64,000 nucleotides of DNA, from NCBI GenBank assembly GCA_010015585.1, contig ML975163.1; one strand, 5' to 3'. Below, one piece after another: positions 34,953 through 47,418 of the stretch. The position numbers and the translations under genes were made by a program. Under the pieces are notes generated by a model that did not search any database, was not told the origin of the DNA, and worked only from the letters and a program-made list of their open reading frames with translations. How positions within the stretch are numbered: the first letter of the stretch is position 1; each line of letters opens with the position of its first letter. The DNA comes from Eremomyces bilateralis CBS 781.70. Lineage: Eukaryota.

Positions 34953-36306
34953 TCAAAATCCAGGCAGTGGATACTCCAGCGTCTCAATCTTTTCAGGATA
35001 TACCAGACCATTCTGTTGGCGGACCTGGTCCATAACATCCATCATCACAAGACTCTCTTCGAGTGGGAGTGTCTCGCTCTCCAACTTGCCGTCCCGGAGA
35101 CACCGAGCGCACTCGTCCGCTTCCCAAAACATGCCTTGCCCCGGGATCTCGCGGGTTTCATCGGCGAACTCGACGCTAGTAAATCCTTCAAGAGGAATGA
35201 CGCGGAATCGAGTCGGACGAAAGATCGGACCAAAAACCTGGATTTCTCCTTTGGTGCCTTGGATGCGGACGGCAGGTCCGGCGGTCCCCTTATTGTCCGG
35301 GTCAAAGGATACCTGTAGGATTAGCGACGGAAGCCAAAGGAGTTAGAAGCCGCTTACCCGAAGACCTGTCGTTGCAATCCCATGGCTGTTCAGGGGAGGG
35401 AAAGACATGATGAGGGACGTCAGCTCATCAGCTCCCGTGTTAGGGTACTTGGTCAATTGGCTGACCACATTCGGCGGCAGGCGATGCTGCGGTGGCTGGA
35501 TGTGATAGAGGAACTGGAAGACCCATAGAATGCTATAGATGCCCACTTGATAAATGTTAGCCTTTCCTGTACAACCATCAGACCCGTCGACGAAAAGGCA
35601 CTTACAATCAAGCATCGCGCCCCCAGCCAAATCAACATTAACCATCCGATTCTCCACCCCCCATTTCGCCTCCGGCGTCCCACTATCCCCAATGCTCAAG
35701 TCCGCAAACACCCTATGTACAGTCCCGATCTTCCCCTCGCTCACCATCTTCCGCAGCTCCACCGCCAGCGGGAAATACCGCGTCCACTGCGCCTCCATCA
35801 AAAACACCTTCCTCTCCCGCGCAATCTCCACCAGTTTCCGCGCTTGCGCCGCGTTCACCGTCAGCGCCTTCTCGCACAGCACGTGCTTTCCGGCCTCCAG
35901 GCAGAGCCGCGCGTTCTGGTAGTGGTGAGAGTGCGGCGTGGCAACGTAGACGATGTCGACGTCCGGGTCGGCAGCGAGGGAGGCGTAGTCGCCGTAAGCT
36001 TTGGCCGTGGAGGGACATCCGCAGGAGGTAAGGAACTCCTGGGCGCGCTCTTGAGAGCGGGAGGCGGCGGCGACGACGGTGTGGGATACGTCCGAGACGG
36101 AGCGGGTGGAGGGGTCGAGGACAAGGTCTTTGGTGAATTCTAGGACGGGGTGTTAATTACGATCATGGAGAATATGGTTATTTACCCTCGTACTCTGGGC
36201 TATGCCTCCGGTTGCTACGACAGTGTCAGTTCCGCTGCATTTTGGGGATTGTTAGGGATATACCTAGGATTCCCCACCGGATCGTGTATGGTTTAGAATC
36301 AGTCAT
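34953..36306 (-). CDS. Gfo/Idh/MocA oxidoreductase (D-xylose 1-dehydrogenase / dihydrodiol dehydrogenase-like); exons 36306-36264, 36214-36194, 36139-35606, 35545-35358, 35312-34953
   Basis: Motifs TIRWGIL|ATGGIAQ|KFTKDL, DVDIVYVATPHSHHY, HVLCEKA, FLMEAQWTRYFP, LAGGAMLD|LGIY and GMFWEADE. Four canonical introns. Confidence 0.93.
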
Positions 36307-36454
36307 ATTGAGCCACAAACCTAAATTTATCGATATTTGTACGACGTCAATGCAAACCAGTTGGTCCTTGGATGGCTTTCTTAAGCCTTTTCTCTTGTGT
36401 TCCTGAGAAATGATGGTGGGATATTGTCGCGTTCAACGAGGGACGTTTGATTGC

Positions 36455-36511
36455 GTATGTAATGGTGGGGGTGGGGTTACATACTTAGCGGAGAAGGGTA
36501 AATCTCCCCAG
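36455..36511. promoter_or_regulatory. Cluster of CreA-type SYGGRG sites, two of them enclosed by an 8-bp inverted repeat, upstream of the Gfo/Idh/MocA gene
   Basis: GTGGGG at 36465-36470 and 36471-36476, GCGGAG at 36488-36493, and CTGGGG on the minus strand at 36506-36511. GTATGTAA (36455-36462) and TTACATAC (36477-36484) form an inverted repeat. Confidence 0.4.
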
Positions 36512-37660
36512 GCCGGATACCATAAATGGTGAGCCAAACAAACTGCTACAGATTGATGTGACATCAAAGTTTCTTGGTCTTTGTTTAATGCCCTTCGACC
36601 AAACCAAGGCGGGTGTAAGTGCAATTAGATGATGGGAGACATGGCATTTAACCTTGAATATCAAAGCAATTTATTACCAGTACTCCAGCTTCACCTTTAT
36701 TCCTCAAGACCATCGGTGTTACATAAATGACGATACTAATAGGTATCTATGGTAGCAGATTCAGAGGTAAATCGCTAACATCAGCTAGATTGAATGAACA
36801 CAGGTTCAAAGTATCTTGTTGTCATTTCGAAGCTATGGTTATTCCATATGGTAGCAGTGATAGCAAATTCTAAGGAGGGGGATATAACCTGTTAAGGGGA
36901 ACTGAGGAGGGCTGAATTCACCCCCCCATTTCAGAAAGTGCAGTATATATTTATAACTGTCAATCTGTAACTTCAGTGGAAATGGTCACGTTGGTTTCAC
37001 TGCTGACATGGGCCAAGTATAGCCGAAAAAAGATACTAGTCCCATGGAATAGACACCTGGGACCTGTGAGATGGTTGGCTTCTCTACCCCTATCTACTAA
37101 AAACCACCCTAGAAGGTGGGTAGAGTTTTGCTCTTTCTCTGGATACCTTTTTTTAGCTAAGGAGAGAGGAGGGGGAGAATGGGGGCCACATCAGGGGGAG
37201 AGGTAGGGAGGGTTCGAGTCCGGCGTGGGGCGGTCTATTTTCAGTCCAAATTTTGATCGTCAAATCGTCTTGTTGTTTCTGCTGTGCTATTTATACACAT
37301 GTATCTGAAGCTACCCACGAGAGAATTGTCCGACAGTGGACATGATCGTACAGTCGAAACTGCTCTGCTTTCAGATATAGGGACCCAAGCGCCAAGTCCG
37401 CCAGGCAAGACACGGGATGAACGAGAGACAGGAAGAGAAAGCTTTTGTTTCTCTTAAGAGTATAATGTACCCCTGTGAAAGCCACCCAGAGATAAGTTGG
37501 CTTTCACGAGAAAGGAAGTCGTAAGAAGATATGATATCGTAGCATCTAATTGACTCAAGAGGCCAATGAAAAAGAGAACAATGGGCTGCTATGACACATG
37601 CCTGTGTAAAGAAAGGAATACACGCATCAAAGATCGTGGTCTACGCTGTAGTAGTTTGCT

Positions 37661-39971
37661 CTAGATCCAGCCCGGGGCTGGAGGCACGTTTCCCCCTCCG
37701 CCACCCAGCGGAAAAGCCAATCCGATCTCACCACGTACTCCTGGCTTTGGGGATGGCGTGCGAGTCCTCGCCAGCTGTGGTGTAAGCGACGAAACAGGGT
37801 TCATGCGCAATACTTTGGCTCGAGGAGTTGGAGGGAGGTTCTTGTTGACAAATGGTTGTGGAATAGTCACTGTGAGCTTGGGTTTGGTCGCAGTTGAGGG
37901 AAGGCAGCTGTCAGCTGGTTCAGGAGTATTTGCTGGTGCGGTAATCGGTAGCAAGAGAGAGCTGGAGGATGATAGTTGAGGTGTAGAGATAAGATTTGAG
38001 GACGTGGCCCCGTCAGTCTGGGACTGTAAACCAGTCGATTGAGTCCTTTTAGAGCCACTCAATTCTCTTCGAAGTGGCGAAGGCATCTCCGAAGGATCTA
38101 GAACACGTTTGGAAGCGCTTGAGTTGCCTGCTGCGATCGCTTCCGGCGCAACAGAGAAACGCAGACCGATTTGTACGGTCGCGCTACTCCCAGAACTGCT
38201 AAACCGCCTATGCTCTCGAGTGAAAGGGGCGGACGGTCCGTCCAAAGCCATCAGCGTCGCAACTTCGCTCACATCAGTGACAGAAGGTGCGTTTCGAGCC
38301 ATGGAAGTAGCTGTCGTTGGCGAAAATGGGGAAGCGGAAGTCAGGGACGCAGACTGATTCTTTTTCAGGGATGAGACGGACTGCATTAGACTGGCCAGCC
38401 CCTTTGCTGCGGGAGAGTAGACAGTGGCAGGGAGACGCGGGCTATCATTTTGAGGGAAGAGTGAATAGCTCGGTTTGCGTTTGTGGGTTGGAGTTCGAGG
38501 AAATGAGGATTGGGTTGCTGATGCTGGGATGAACACGGGAGTGGGTGGCAGAAGAGGGACTGTAGCGGAATTAGGGCGTGAAGGGGAGGTAAGAGGTATT
38601 GCGGTCGCAGTTCTTTGCGAGATTGGCGCAGAAGGGGTAGCTGTACTCGGGGATGACTGCACTGCACGTTTCTCCAAGGCCTTCTCAGAGTCCCTGAAGT
38701 AGAAGAGAGACTGCGTAGCTCTCAAATAAGGCTGATTCAACGGTGGGCTGATCTTGCGCAAGTCCAGGCTCCCAGCACCACCAGCTCCCCTGAAGCCTTT
38801 ACGAGCAAAATATGCGGAGTCTTTTGCCTGGATCACTCCCCAGTTCGGGTGCATTCGGTAGACGAAATATTCGAACGTAATGAAAACACCGTTTCCCAGC
38901 AGTGCGAAGTCACCAAGACCAGATGTAGTCATAAAGTTGTCGAATGTCATCAACTTTGCCTGGATGAAAAAGGGGAGTACCAGAACCTATTTTTATTATT
39001 ATTAACGATTGTTTCTGGATGGGGACAACAGTTTACTCACATTGAGGCAAATCGACCAGAATAATCGGAAAACCATCCTTGATGCGGCAACCCTTTGGCT
39101 AGGTTCGATATCCGACACCCGTTTGAGTTGGATGGCGATGACTGCAATCATCAAGGCAAATGCAACCACCTCAAATGACAGAACGACCAGCCCAATCAAG
39201 TTGAAAGGGACAGTTCTGAAGAGGATATCTCCAAGGCAGACATCCGGAATTTTCCATAGAGCGGTGGGGAGCCAGGTTGCGAGTAGGAGACTTGATATCG
39301 CGACAAGGCAGAACGGCGTATTTCGTCGGCTGCGCGGCATAAACTTCATATACTTGAGCGAGCGGATGGTGGTCTCGACGCCGAATACGAGATGAACGTA
39401 ACCGGATAGAAAGGCGACTGAGTCTTTGTTAGTAACCAAGCAAAGCACGATATATACCGCACGTACTCGGGAAGATGATTTGCACTGTCTTCGAGCATCC
39501 ATTTACTTCAATACTGTCTAATGAAGCGGATTGGATAGCAATGAACACGATGTTCTGCATTGCCAGAGAAACCCCAAGAATAAGGAAGACGTTCACTGCG
39601 GGGTTGACATTGCGAAGGATTCTCCAAATGCAGAGTTTGCTGTGTTCAATTAGAATCTCATCGGCTTTGGGTCCTAGACGTTGTCCTTACTTTGGTCGCA
39701 GCTTCACCTCCAACTTCGACACTCCATACCCCTCGACCAGTATTTTCCCGATCAGAATGATTGTCATCACCAAGGCAAAGATGCCCACCCCAACGCGCGT
39801 TGTCCGTACTGACTTTACTCTCTCAAGGACTAGACCTTTGATAAGTTGGTCCGTTTGATTGACCCCCACCGCTTGTCCTTCAAAATCGACCATCCCATCG
39901 AAATTCGCATCGTTGTTGAAGGATATTGCGGACGGGTCTCTAAATGATATTTCTCGACTCCATATTGCCAT
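37661..39971 (-). CDS. Fungal multi-pass (about 7 TM) membrane protein with a long Ser/Pro-rich cytoplasmic tail; exons 39971-39691, 39639-39467, 39417-39041, 38986-37661
   Basis: Canonical introns 39640-39690, 39418-39466 and 38987-39040 join hydrophobic ORFs (SVRTTRVGVGIFALV, LVFGVETTIRSL, QRVAASRMVF). The tail contains SYSLFP and SSATVQIGLRFS. Confidence 0.82.
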
Positions 39972-42900
39972 ATTGTTGTGTGAAGGGTTGGTATGGTGGT
40001 TGGCGAAATCGATTGACTCGTGTTCCTGTTCAAAGGCGTGCGACTTGGATTATAAACGTCATAAAGAACGAACCGGTATTGGAGACGAGAGTTACTCCAG
40101 CTCGATCGTCGATCACAAAACCAAGATGGAGGATCCAGCCAGCGGTAACGAAGGGAACGGGATTAAATCACAAACAACGTAAACGAGCGTGGGATGAATA
40201 CAATTGTCGAGCCCTGCGATGAACCGGCCGAACAGCAGAAGAATGGAAAAGAGTATATGAAGCAAGGACCATATCGCCATGTCCAAGCTGCGAGGCAGTT
40301 TCGCGACGCAGGCTATCCTTGTAGCGCCACCTACCTTCATCATTCAGGTCCAGATCAGGGCAAGCAGGGAGACCCTTGGATAGGTAGGATGGAACTCGCC
40401 CGAATTTCTGGGAGGTGCTGCTACAGTTTCATGATCTCACTGTACCCTCTAGCACACCGAGCCCATCCTGGTTCGCAACCCGTAAGCTCTCGGATCAGCA
40501 GTTACCGGTAGACTGCCGGTTCTTAGCGTCTGATAGTAGGATCAGTGTATCATCAGGGACGAATGCGACTGCCGCTATTATTATGCTAAGTGTGTTGGAT
40601 AGGTAGAGGCAGCTATCTCTTAGTATCGCTGTACTATGCAGTAGGGGGAGAACAACGACTGTTAATGACGACGGCACACGACGATTGACCTGACAATCTC
40701 AGAAAATCCAAGGACAACTGTATACAAATATGATGTATCTCAGCATAACCGACACTGGTAGCACAAAACCAGGGACAAGACGGAAGAAGACGGAGTAGGG
40801 GCGCAGGTTGGAACTATGATGAAGATATCGCAGGGATTTCTGAAACAGGAAAGGCTGCAGATCTCCCAGGGACGTCAACTTTATCTTGCTGCACGATACT
40901 ACTGCTTATTGACCATTTTCCATGACTAGCCCCGGCCATAGGACAAGCCTTTTAGCAGTGGGATAGGTCAATTTGTGACCAAAGTACGGCGGTCGCCAAT
41001 GCCTTGGTCTAGCTTCACCACCGAAAGGTTCGAGACGTGCAGCGTTGGAGACGTCCGCCACCACGCGACATGATGCAAGAAACCTCCATCGCGAGCGAAT
41101 GGGAGCTTAACGATGATGAAAGGATGCTAATAAGCTCTCGATCGTCAGATAGTGGAAAACCATAAAAGAAATTTGGGCAATTTCGCGAGATCTATGCAGG
41201 GTGGTGGTTCAAAGATCAAACACGGACATCGGAGGTTTTCCGGGGTCAGTGGCGGGCGGTTGAGTAGGACGACGGTAAGTATGGGCGAAGCCGAGGAAGT
41301 GTCAAGTGGTATATATGGTCGTATTATGAGTCGCAGCCGCCAACTTCGTATATGTTCCAGATTGAATGCTGATGGAAGTTGGTGGTTGAGATTGATGAAG
41401 TGCAGATGTGATGACTGGAAGATGTCAGGCCGGGGGCCATGCTGTGGCTGAATGGCCCCTGCCACACTTCTGTTGGCTCAGGGGCATTACTGCCTTGCGG
41501 CCTGATCCTCTACTCGGAGGCTCCCTCACTCATTCCACAGAGTCAGGGTGAGCATTATTATTGCAGGTAGACGACATCAATGCACATATTCTACGCTCCG
41601 ACATGAAAAGTCGAGTCTTCTGATCAACTATTCACCGTCAGAATGAGAGCATTGACCTACCTAGTCTCATGCCTTCATCTCTTCTGCTGGAAGCATCAAG
41701 CGGGATATCGCCCATCCGCTGCAGTCTGCTGATCTCAAAAAAGGGAGCCGTTAGAATCTCGGGACATTCATGCTTTCTTCCCAGGTGGATGACCACGAGT
41801 GCCCTGACTAGATGCGACTCTGAGCGTCCTGGGGCGTTCAAGGTTCGGGAAAGAGAACGGCAAGCCCTTGACTTGCGACGACAACATGGAATCCTTCAGC
41901 CGAGTACCTATTCTTTGACCACATCCATTTGATTCTCGTGTCTAGTTCCAGGGCATCACATCCCTTCTTTGACAAATGTGCCCCGAACGGAGGCCTTCCA
42001 AACCATTGGAGAAGGCTTCATTTTGGAGGGAGTGTCCATCGTCCGACGCCATGGATGTCTCGACGAGAATAACTTGATATGCCCTAGAAATCTCGGTTTT
42101 GGTTAGCCTTCCGGTTCCAGCGTGGAAACTTTCCCATGAAACGTTGACAAGTTCAATGTATCTACTTGTTCCGCATCAAAAGGAGGAAGAAGAGGGGTTG
42201 AACTTCGCAGTCAAGAGTTCCAGCGGACCAAAATAGGCGCGGCCATGACTCCGTGATACTCAGCATGCGATGGCTTGAGGTACTTTTGTAGGATCGACGA
42301 ACCCTTCTCCTGCTCTAGGGTAGTCCTTGTCTCGTACAGATGTCTCGTACCGATAGCGATCCAGGTCCTCTTCCAGCAGAAACATTTTTCCGTGTTTCTT
42401 CCTGAACCTCATCCTGTGTGCCTGCTTACCACTATGTTTGGCAGCTCAGGGCCCAACGGCACCCAATATATCCTCCCTAGCATCGAAACTCTAGGGTTGA
42501 CCATCACGACAGTCCGACGAATCTAAGATATATTAACGATCGACGTAGCCGATTGCACGGAGCTCGACTCGAGTGGGTTAACGACCTCATAGGACGATAA
42601 GACGCTCTAGCCGAAGCTTGATTTCCCGGGTCTGTCAGTGCTCAACAATTCGACATCCCGTAGAGATCTAGCCCTTAGCTTGGTAACTCTGCACTATCGT
42701 AGCAGCGAGTCACCCCTCGATGGGTGGAGGTTTCATCGTTTGCCCCAGCTGATTTCGTGGAGAAGGGCTTCCCCAAAGCTCCCTGCCATCGTTTGGCTAA
42801 TACTCGGAACTGGCTGCTCCCTTTCCATTTGCTTCGGTTGTTGGATGCTCGCGATGGTTGTTAGGCCGAAACCAATGTGTTTCAGATGTGTCACTTCTGC

Positions 42901-44159
42901 TCTTGCGTCAATCCTTTCAGGACCCATCACCATCGCCACCGGAGCTCCATTGCCAGTCTGCGATTCTCGATAGCTCATACGGTAAAGTTCTCCGAGGCCG
43001 TGCTAACTAGTGTTTCAATAAGTTTTGCAATCAGTTTGCTATGGTTGTTGGTAGAGCATATGTTGGTATCCTTGCGGATGTTCTCACATCTCGTGCGAGA
43101 CGGAGCTAGTGATGTAGGTTCTCGAGCGAGCTGCGAGCTCAGATGCGCTTGTGCCTGTTCCGTTCCGAACTGACAAAACCAAACTGTTCCAGGACAAACA
43201 ACGCGATTTTATGGGAACTGATTTCCTCAATGGGATTGCCTGGCAACCAACTTAAGGTATTTTTCGAAGACTCCAATCATCAACTCGTCATTCTCGGCTC
43301 TCTCATCCGAGTGCTTGTTCCCCCTCTAGAGCCAATTGTGGCAGCAATTCGCCGCCCCTCCCCTGCAGAACTCCATAACAAAATCCACCCCTACTGGTGA
43401 GGTGTTATCATTACTTATCAAGGACGACATAATGGCTAGCAGAGGAAATGGGTCTTATCAAATCATCCGCACGTGGTGATACCACAAGAGGGGTCTTCGT
43501 GCGACTGCAAGACGAGACAGCGACATCATTCCCTCATGCTGTGCTGATTCACGCTGTGAGGGAGGGGCTGCCCCGCACTTGTCCGCGAATCCATCTGCTC
43601 TTGGACGCGATATGCGATGACTTTTACTCCATCCAGCAACTCGTGAGAAGGAGTTCGCATGTAAGGGAGGGAGGTCGCGCGAGATCATTCGCCGACTCTT
43701 CCATCCCTATTCCCTAGGTCCATCTGTCCGTCGCGATACACTACAGTTGCTTGCTGTCATCATGGAAATCGTGGAGGCGAATTCGCGACTCCGCTTTGGC
43801 GTAACGGAATGAATCCGAGAGATCAGATGGTATAAATGGCGCTGGATGCTCGGGGATTTTGGGAAGCTTGACTGATAGTTACATCGTCAATCGAAAGTTG
43901 TCACAGTGAAACTTCGCTCTTGTTGTCAGAGTGATCGTGAATTTGTACTCCTTGCAAGGTTCTATACTTATATCTGTATCATCGAATCGTTCATTCCGCG
44001 GTCTCCCCCACAGCACACGTCATCAACGGTTCATCACGATAGCAGGTGCAGCCAACGTTCTCAGCACGAGGTAGCTTAACATCGTCGACTTGACATGGAT
44101 TTCCACTACTGACTCCTCTAGTCACAACATTCCACCTCAATCACGCTTCAATTCTCAAA

Positions 44160-45499
44160 ATGGTATTTCCAATCGCCCGCTCAGTGGCACGGCTGGCTCG
44201 TCCAGCCACCTCTTCTCTACTCTCTTCCACCCGTCTCTCCGCTGCTCCACGAATCTTTCTAATCCGACCATCCGTCCGGACGCTAACCGCATCCTCAAAA
44301 CTCCAGGGCAAAGTGCTTCTATGCCTCTACGACGGCGGCATCCACGCCGAGCATGAGCCGAAAATGCTCGGGACCACCGAGATCGAGCTCGGCATCCGCC
44401 CGTGGATCGAGGAGCGAGGCCACACGCTCATCACCACCTCCGACAAGGAAGGCCCGGACTCCGCCTTCGACCGGGAGCTCGTCGACGCCGAAGTGATCAT
44501 CACCACGCCGTTCCACCCCGGCTACCTCACTGCCGACCGCCTCGCCAAGGCGAAGAAGCTCAAGCTCGCCGTCACCGCGGGGATCGGCTCCGACCACGTC
44601 GACCTTGATGTGGCCAACCAGACCAACGGCGGTATCACCGTCGCCGAGGTGACGGGCTCCAACGTCGTGTCGGTCGCTGAGCACGTCATCATGACCATCC
44701 TGGTTCTCGTGAGGAACTTCGTGCCGGCGCACGAGCAGATCCAGGCGGGTGACTGGAATGTCGCGCAGGTGGCGAAGAACGAGTATGACCTGGAGAGCAA
44801 GGTGGTTGGGACAGTGGCGGTAGGGCGGATCGGGAAGCGCGTGCTGCAGCGGTTGAAGGCGTTTGACTGCAAGGAGCTGCTGTACTTCGATTATCAGCCA
44901 TTGAGCGCTGCTGAGGAGAAGGAGATCGGGTGCCGGCGCGTGGAGAAGTTGGAGGACATGCTGGCGCAGTGCGATGTCGTTACCATCAACTGCCCGCTGC
45001 ATGAGAAGACGAAGGGTCTGTTCAACAAGGAGTTGATCGCCAAGATGAAGCCGGGTGAGTCAGGATTCGCTTTCGGGGATGGCCCAGGCTGACTTGTATA
45101 GGCTCATGGCTCATAAACACCGCTCGTGGCGCCATCGTCGTCAAGGAAGACGTCGCTGAGGCGCTGAAGTCCGGACATCTCCGTGGCTATGGCGGTGACG
45201 TCTGGTTCCCGCAACCCGCACCGAACGACCACCCACTGCGCTACGCGAAGAACCCGTGGGGAGGTGGCAACGCGATGGTACCGCATATGTCTGGAACGTC
45301 GATCGACGCTCAGGCGAGGTATGGAAATCGAGTGCCGATGTGCCATGAACCTGGCTAATGTTTCTGCAGATATGCTGCCGGTACCAAGGCGATCCTTGAC
45401 TCGTACTTCTCCGGCCGGCACGATTACCGACTGGAGGATCTGATCGTCAAGGATGGCGATTACGCCACGAAGGCGTATGGCGAGAGGGCCAAGAAATGA
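44160..45499 (+). CDS. FDH1: NAD-dependent formate dehydrogenase; exons ATG 44160-44162 (intron 44163-44306 optionally retained), 44307-45054, 45102-45318, 45370-45499
   Basis: Motifs [84 protein letters not shown] and ATKAYG. Canonical introns. Confidence 0.97.
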
Positions 45500-45798
45500 G
45501 CGCGTCGACTGCAGTGGATGGGCGATGTAGAAACCAAGGGGTACGAGATGCAAAAGCAGACAGGGTCTGGACAGTCCCAGATGTGTTCAGCATTCCGAAT
45601 GATGGATGTTTTCGGCGTTTGAGTTAACCCACAGAACGTACATGCCATGCTCTTTCCGCACCAATGTTTTCCGGCGTTTCTTAACGAATATCCAAATGTC
45701 AAATCAATTGACCAATCCGTTCCTCAACTCCGTTACCTGTAACGCCATACCGCTATTAAATGCATAACCGAAACCACGCTCGTGATCCCCACACGCGA

Positions 45799-46315
45799 TT
45801 ACTCTTCATCACTATCGTCCCTAAACCCCTCTTCCAACTCCCGACTCAACCTTCTTTCCGTATCTCCCAACCGATCCCTTCTCCCCCACCCCTCCTCCCT
45901 CTCCACCTGATCATACCCCGGCGGCATATCCAACATGCCCTCCGCCTCCGCCTCCCCCCGTCCATCCGCCCCATCCCCCGCCCCGTCCCCCCTACCACGG
46001 CCTCTCCGAAACCGAGATAAATACTCCCAGCGCCACGCAGCGGGCAATAGGGCGGCGACGGCGCGGAACGGAGCGCTGAGGTCGCGCAGGGAGGCGAGGG
46101 AGACAGGGGATTCAAAGGAGGAGGAGAGGGGCGCGTAGGAGCGGTAGCGGTTGCGGTGGTGGCGGTAGAGGGGGAGGAGGAGGTAGGTGATGAGGAGGAA
46201 GAGGGCGAGGGAGATGAGGAGGGGAGGGAGTAGGGTCTATGCGGGGGTTAGTTGGTTGTCGGGTGGGTTGGATAGAGGGAGGGGGACGCACCTTGAGGAA
46301 TTCGGCTATGGGCAT
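45799..46315 (-). CDS. Small single-pass membrane protein (conserved fungal hypothetical); exons 46315-46292, 46236-45799
   Basis: Reads MPIAEFLK|TLLPLLISLALFLLITYLLLPLYRHHRNRYRSYAPL..RRLSRELEEGFRDDSDEE. Intron 46237-46291 (GTGCGT..ACTAAC..TAG). Confidence 0.8.
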
Positions 46316-47418
46316 GGTTGGGTTGGGGGAATATGTGTAGATTGGGATGAGGTTGGTAAAGAAGCTGGGAGGACACGGGAGATGAGTGTCATGCAGCAAT
46401 GAAGAGGTAGATTAGGAGCATTTGGATCAGTGTCGAAGGCGAATTGACCGTTTGCTGCTTTTTCCTTGCTCCTGAGGCTTGGTTTGAGGACGTTATGCGT
46501 ATAATGATACTGATCTGGAGGGGAATAGGTTCATGCCTCTGTACTGGATTCGATGTGAGAGAAGGGTAACGACGCTCAGAGTATCGAATTGCACTGTGAA
46601 CATTCGCTATGTCTTTGCACAGTACCTTCTTCCAATTGCGGCATTCTGTGAAGTTCAATACTCCCTGCCGTGGTGAAGTAAGGTGCGATACGTCTCCTCT
46701 CTTTCTCCTGTCCACGCAACGCAACATGCTTTATGCGGGTGATCGGAGGTTTCATCGACCCCCAGCCCGAAGATAACCGCTAATATAACCTCGTTCCATA
46801 TACGGATTAGCGCTGGTTCAGTGACCAGTTATCATGTCTTCTTTTGTCCCAGCCGCCTTTTGGCATGTATCTTATATACATTACTGATTCCATACAGCTG
46901 ACGTGATTCATCCCCCGCTAATGCAGCTTCACGGCCTCATCGCTCGCGCCCTGAACATTGTCCGTGCTGACGGATGGCTGTCACTTGTCTCCTTTGGTCT
47001 CGTTTACTGCAAAGACGTCTCAATTCAATCCATCCCAAGTGTTTCTACACTTTTGCGTCCCCGTACTACATCGTATTCCTCCCTCCTCTTACAATTCCAC
47101 TCCTTGCCGTAGAGTCGGTGCTGTGTCATCGAGCGATATACATGACCACACCCCTGTTTACCGCAATACACACCCCTTGAACGCGCTGGTGGCGGGAATC
47201 CTGCACCGCAATCCCCGATTCTACCCTACGACATTGCACGCAGCATGGATTAATACATACTCAAGTCGAATAAACAGAAGGCGTCGGAATAGGAGGGCAA
47301 GCTGGCGACAACATCGCATCGAGCCCGCTGATGGGCATCAATATCCGCGCCAACAACCTTACGCACCCGTGCCTCGGAGTCCAGCTGGGCTTGAACCGAC
47401 GGCACAATCTTCCACAAG

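Noticed and set aside
37195..37240. Possible tRNA gene around GGTTCGAGTCC
   Set aside because: The T-stem does not pair, and no A-box, D-arm or acceptor stem can be formed.
41600..43420. Possible decayed gene on the minus strand (frames broken by TGA/TAG, e.g. at 43139-43141 and 43106-43108)
   Set aside because: The fragments look protein-like, but I cannot assign a family or a consistent frame.
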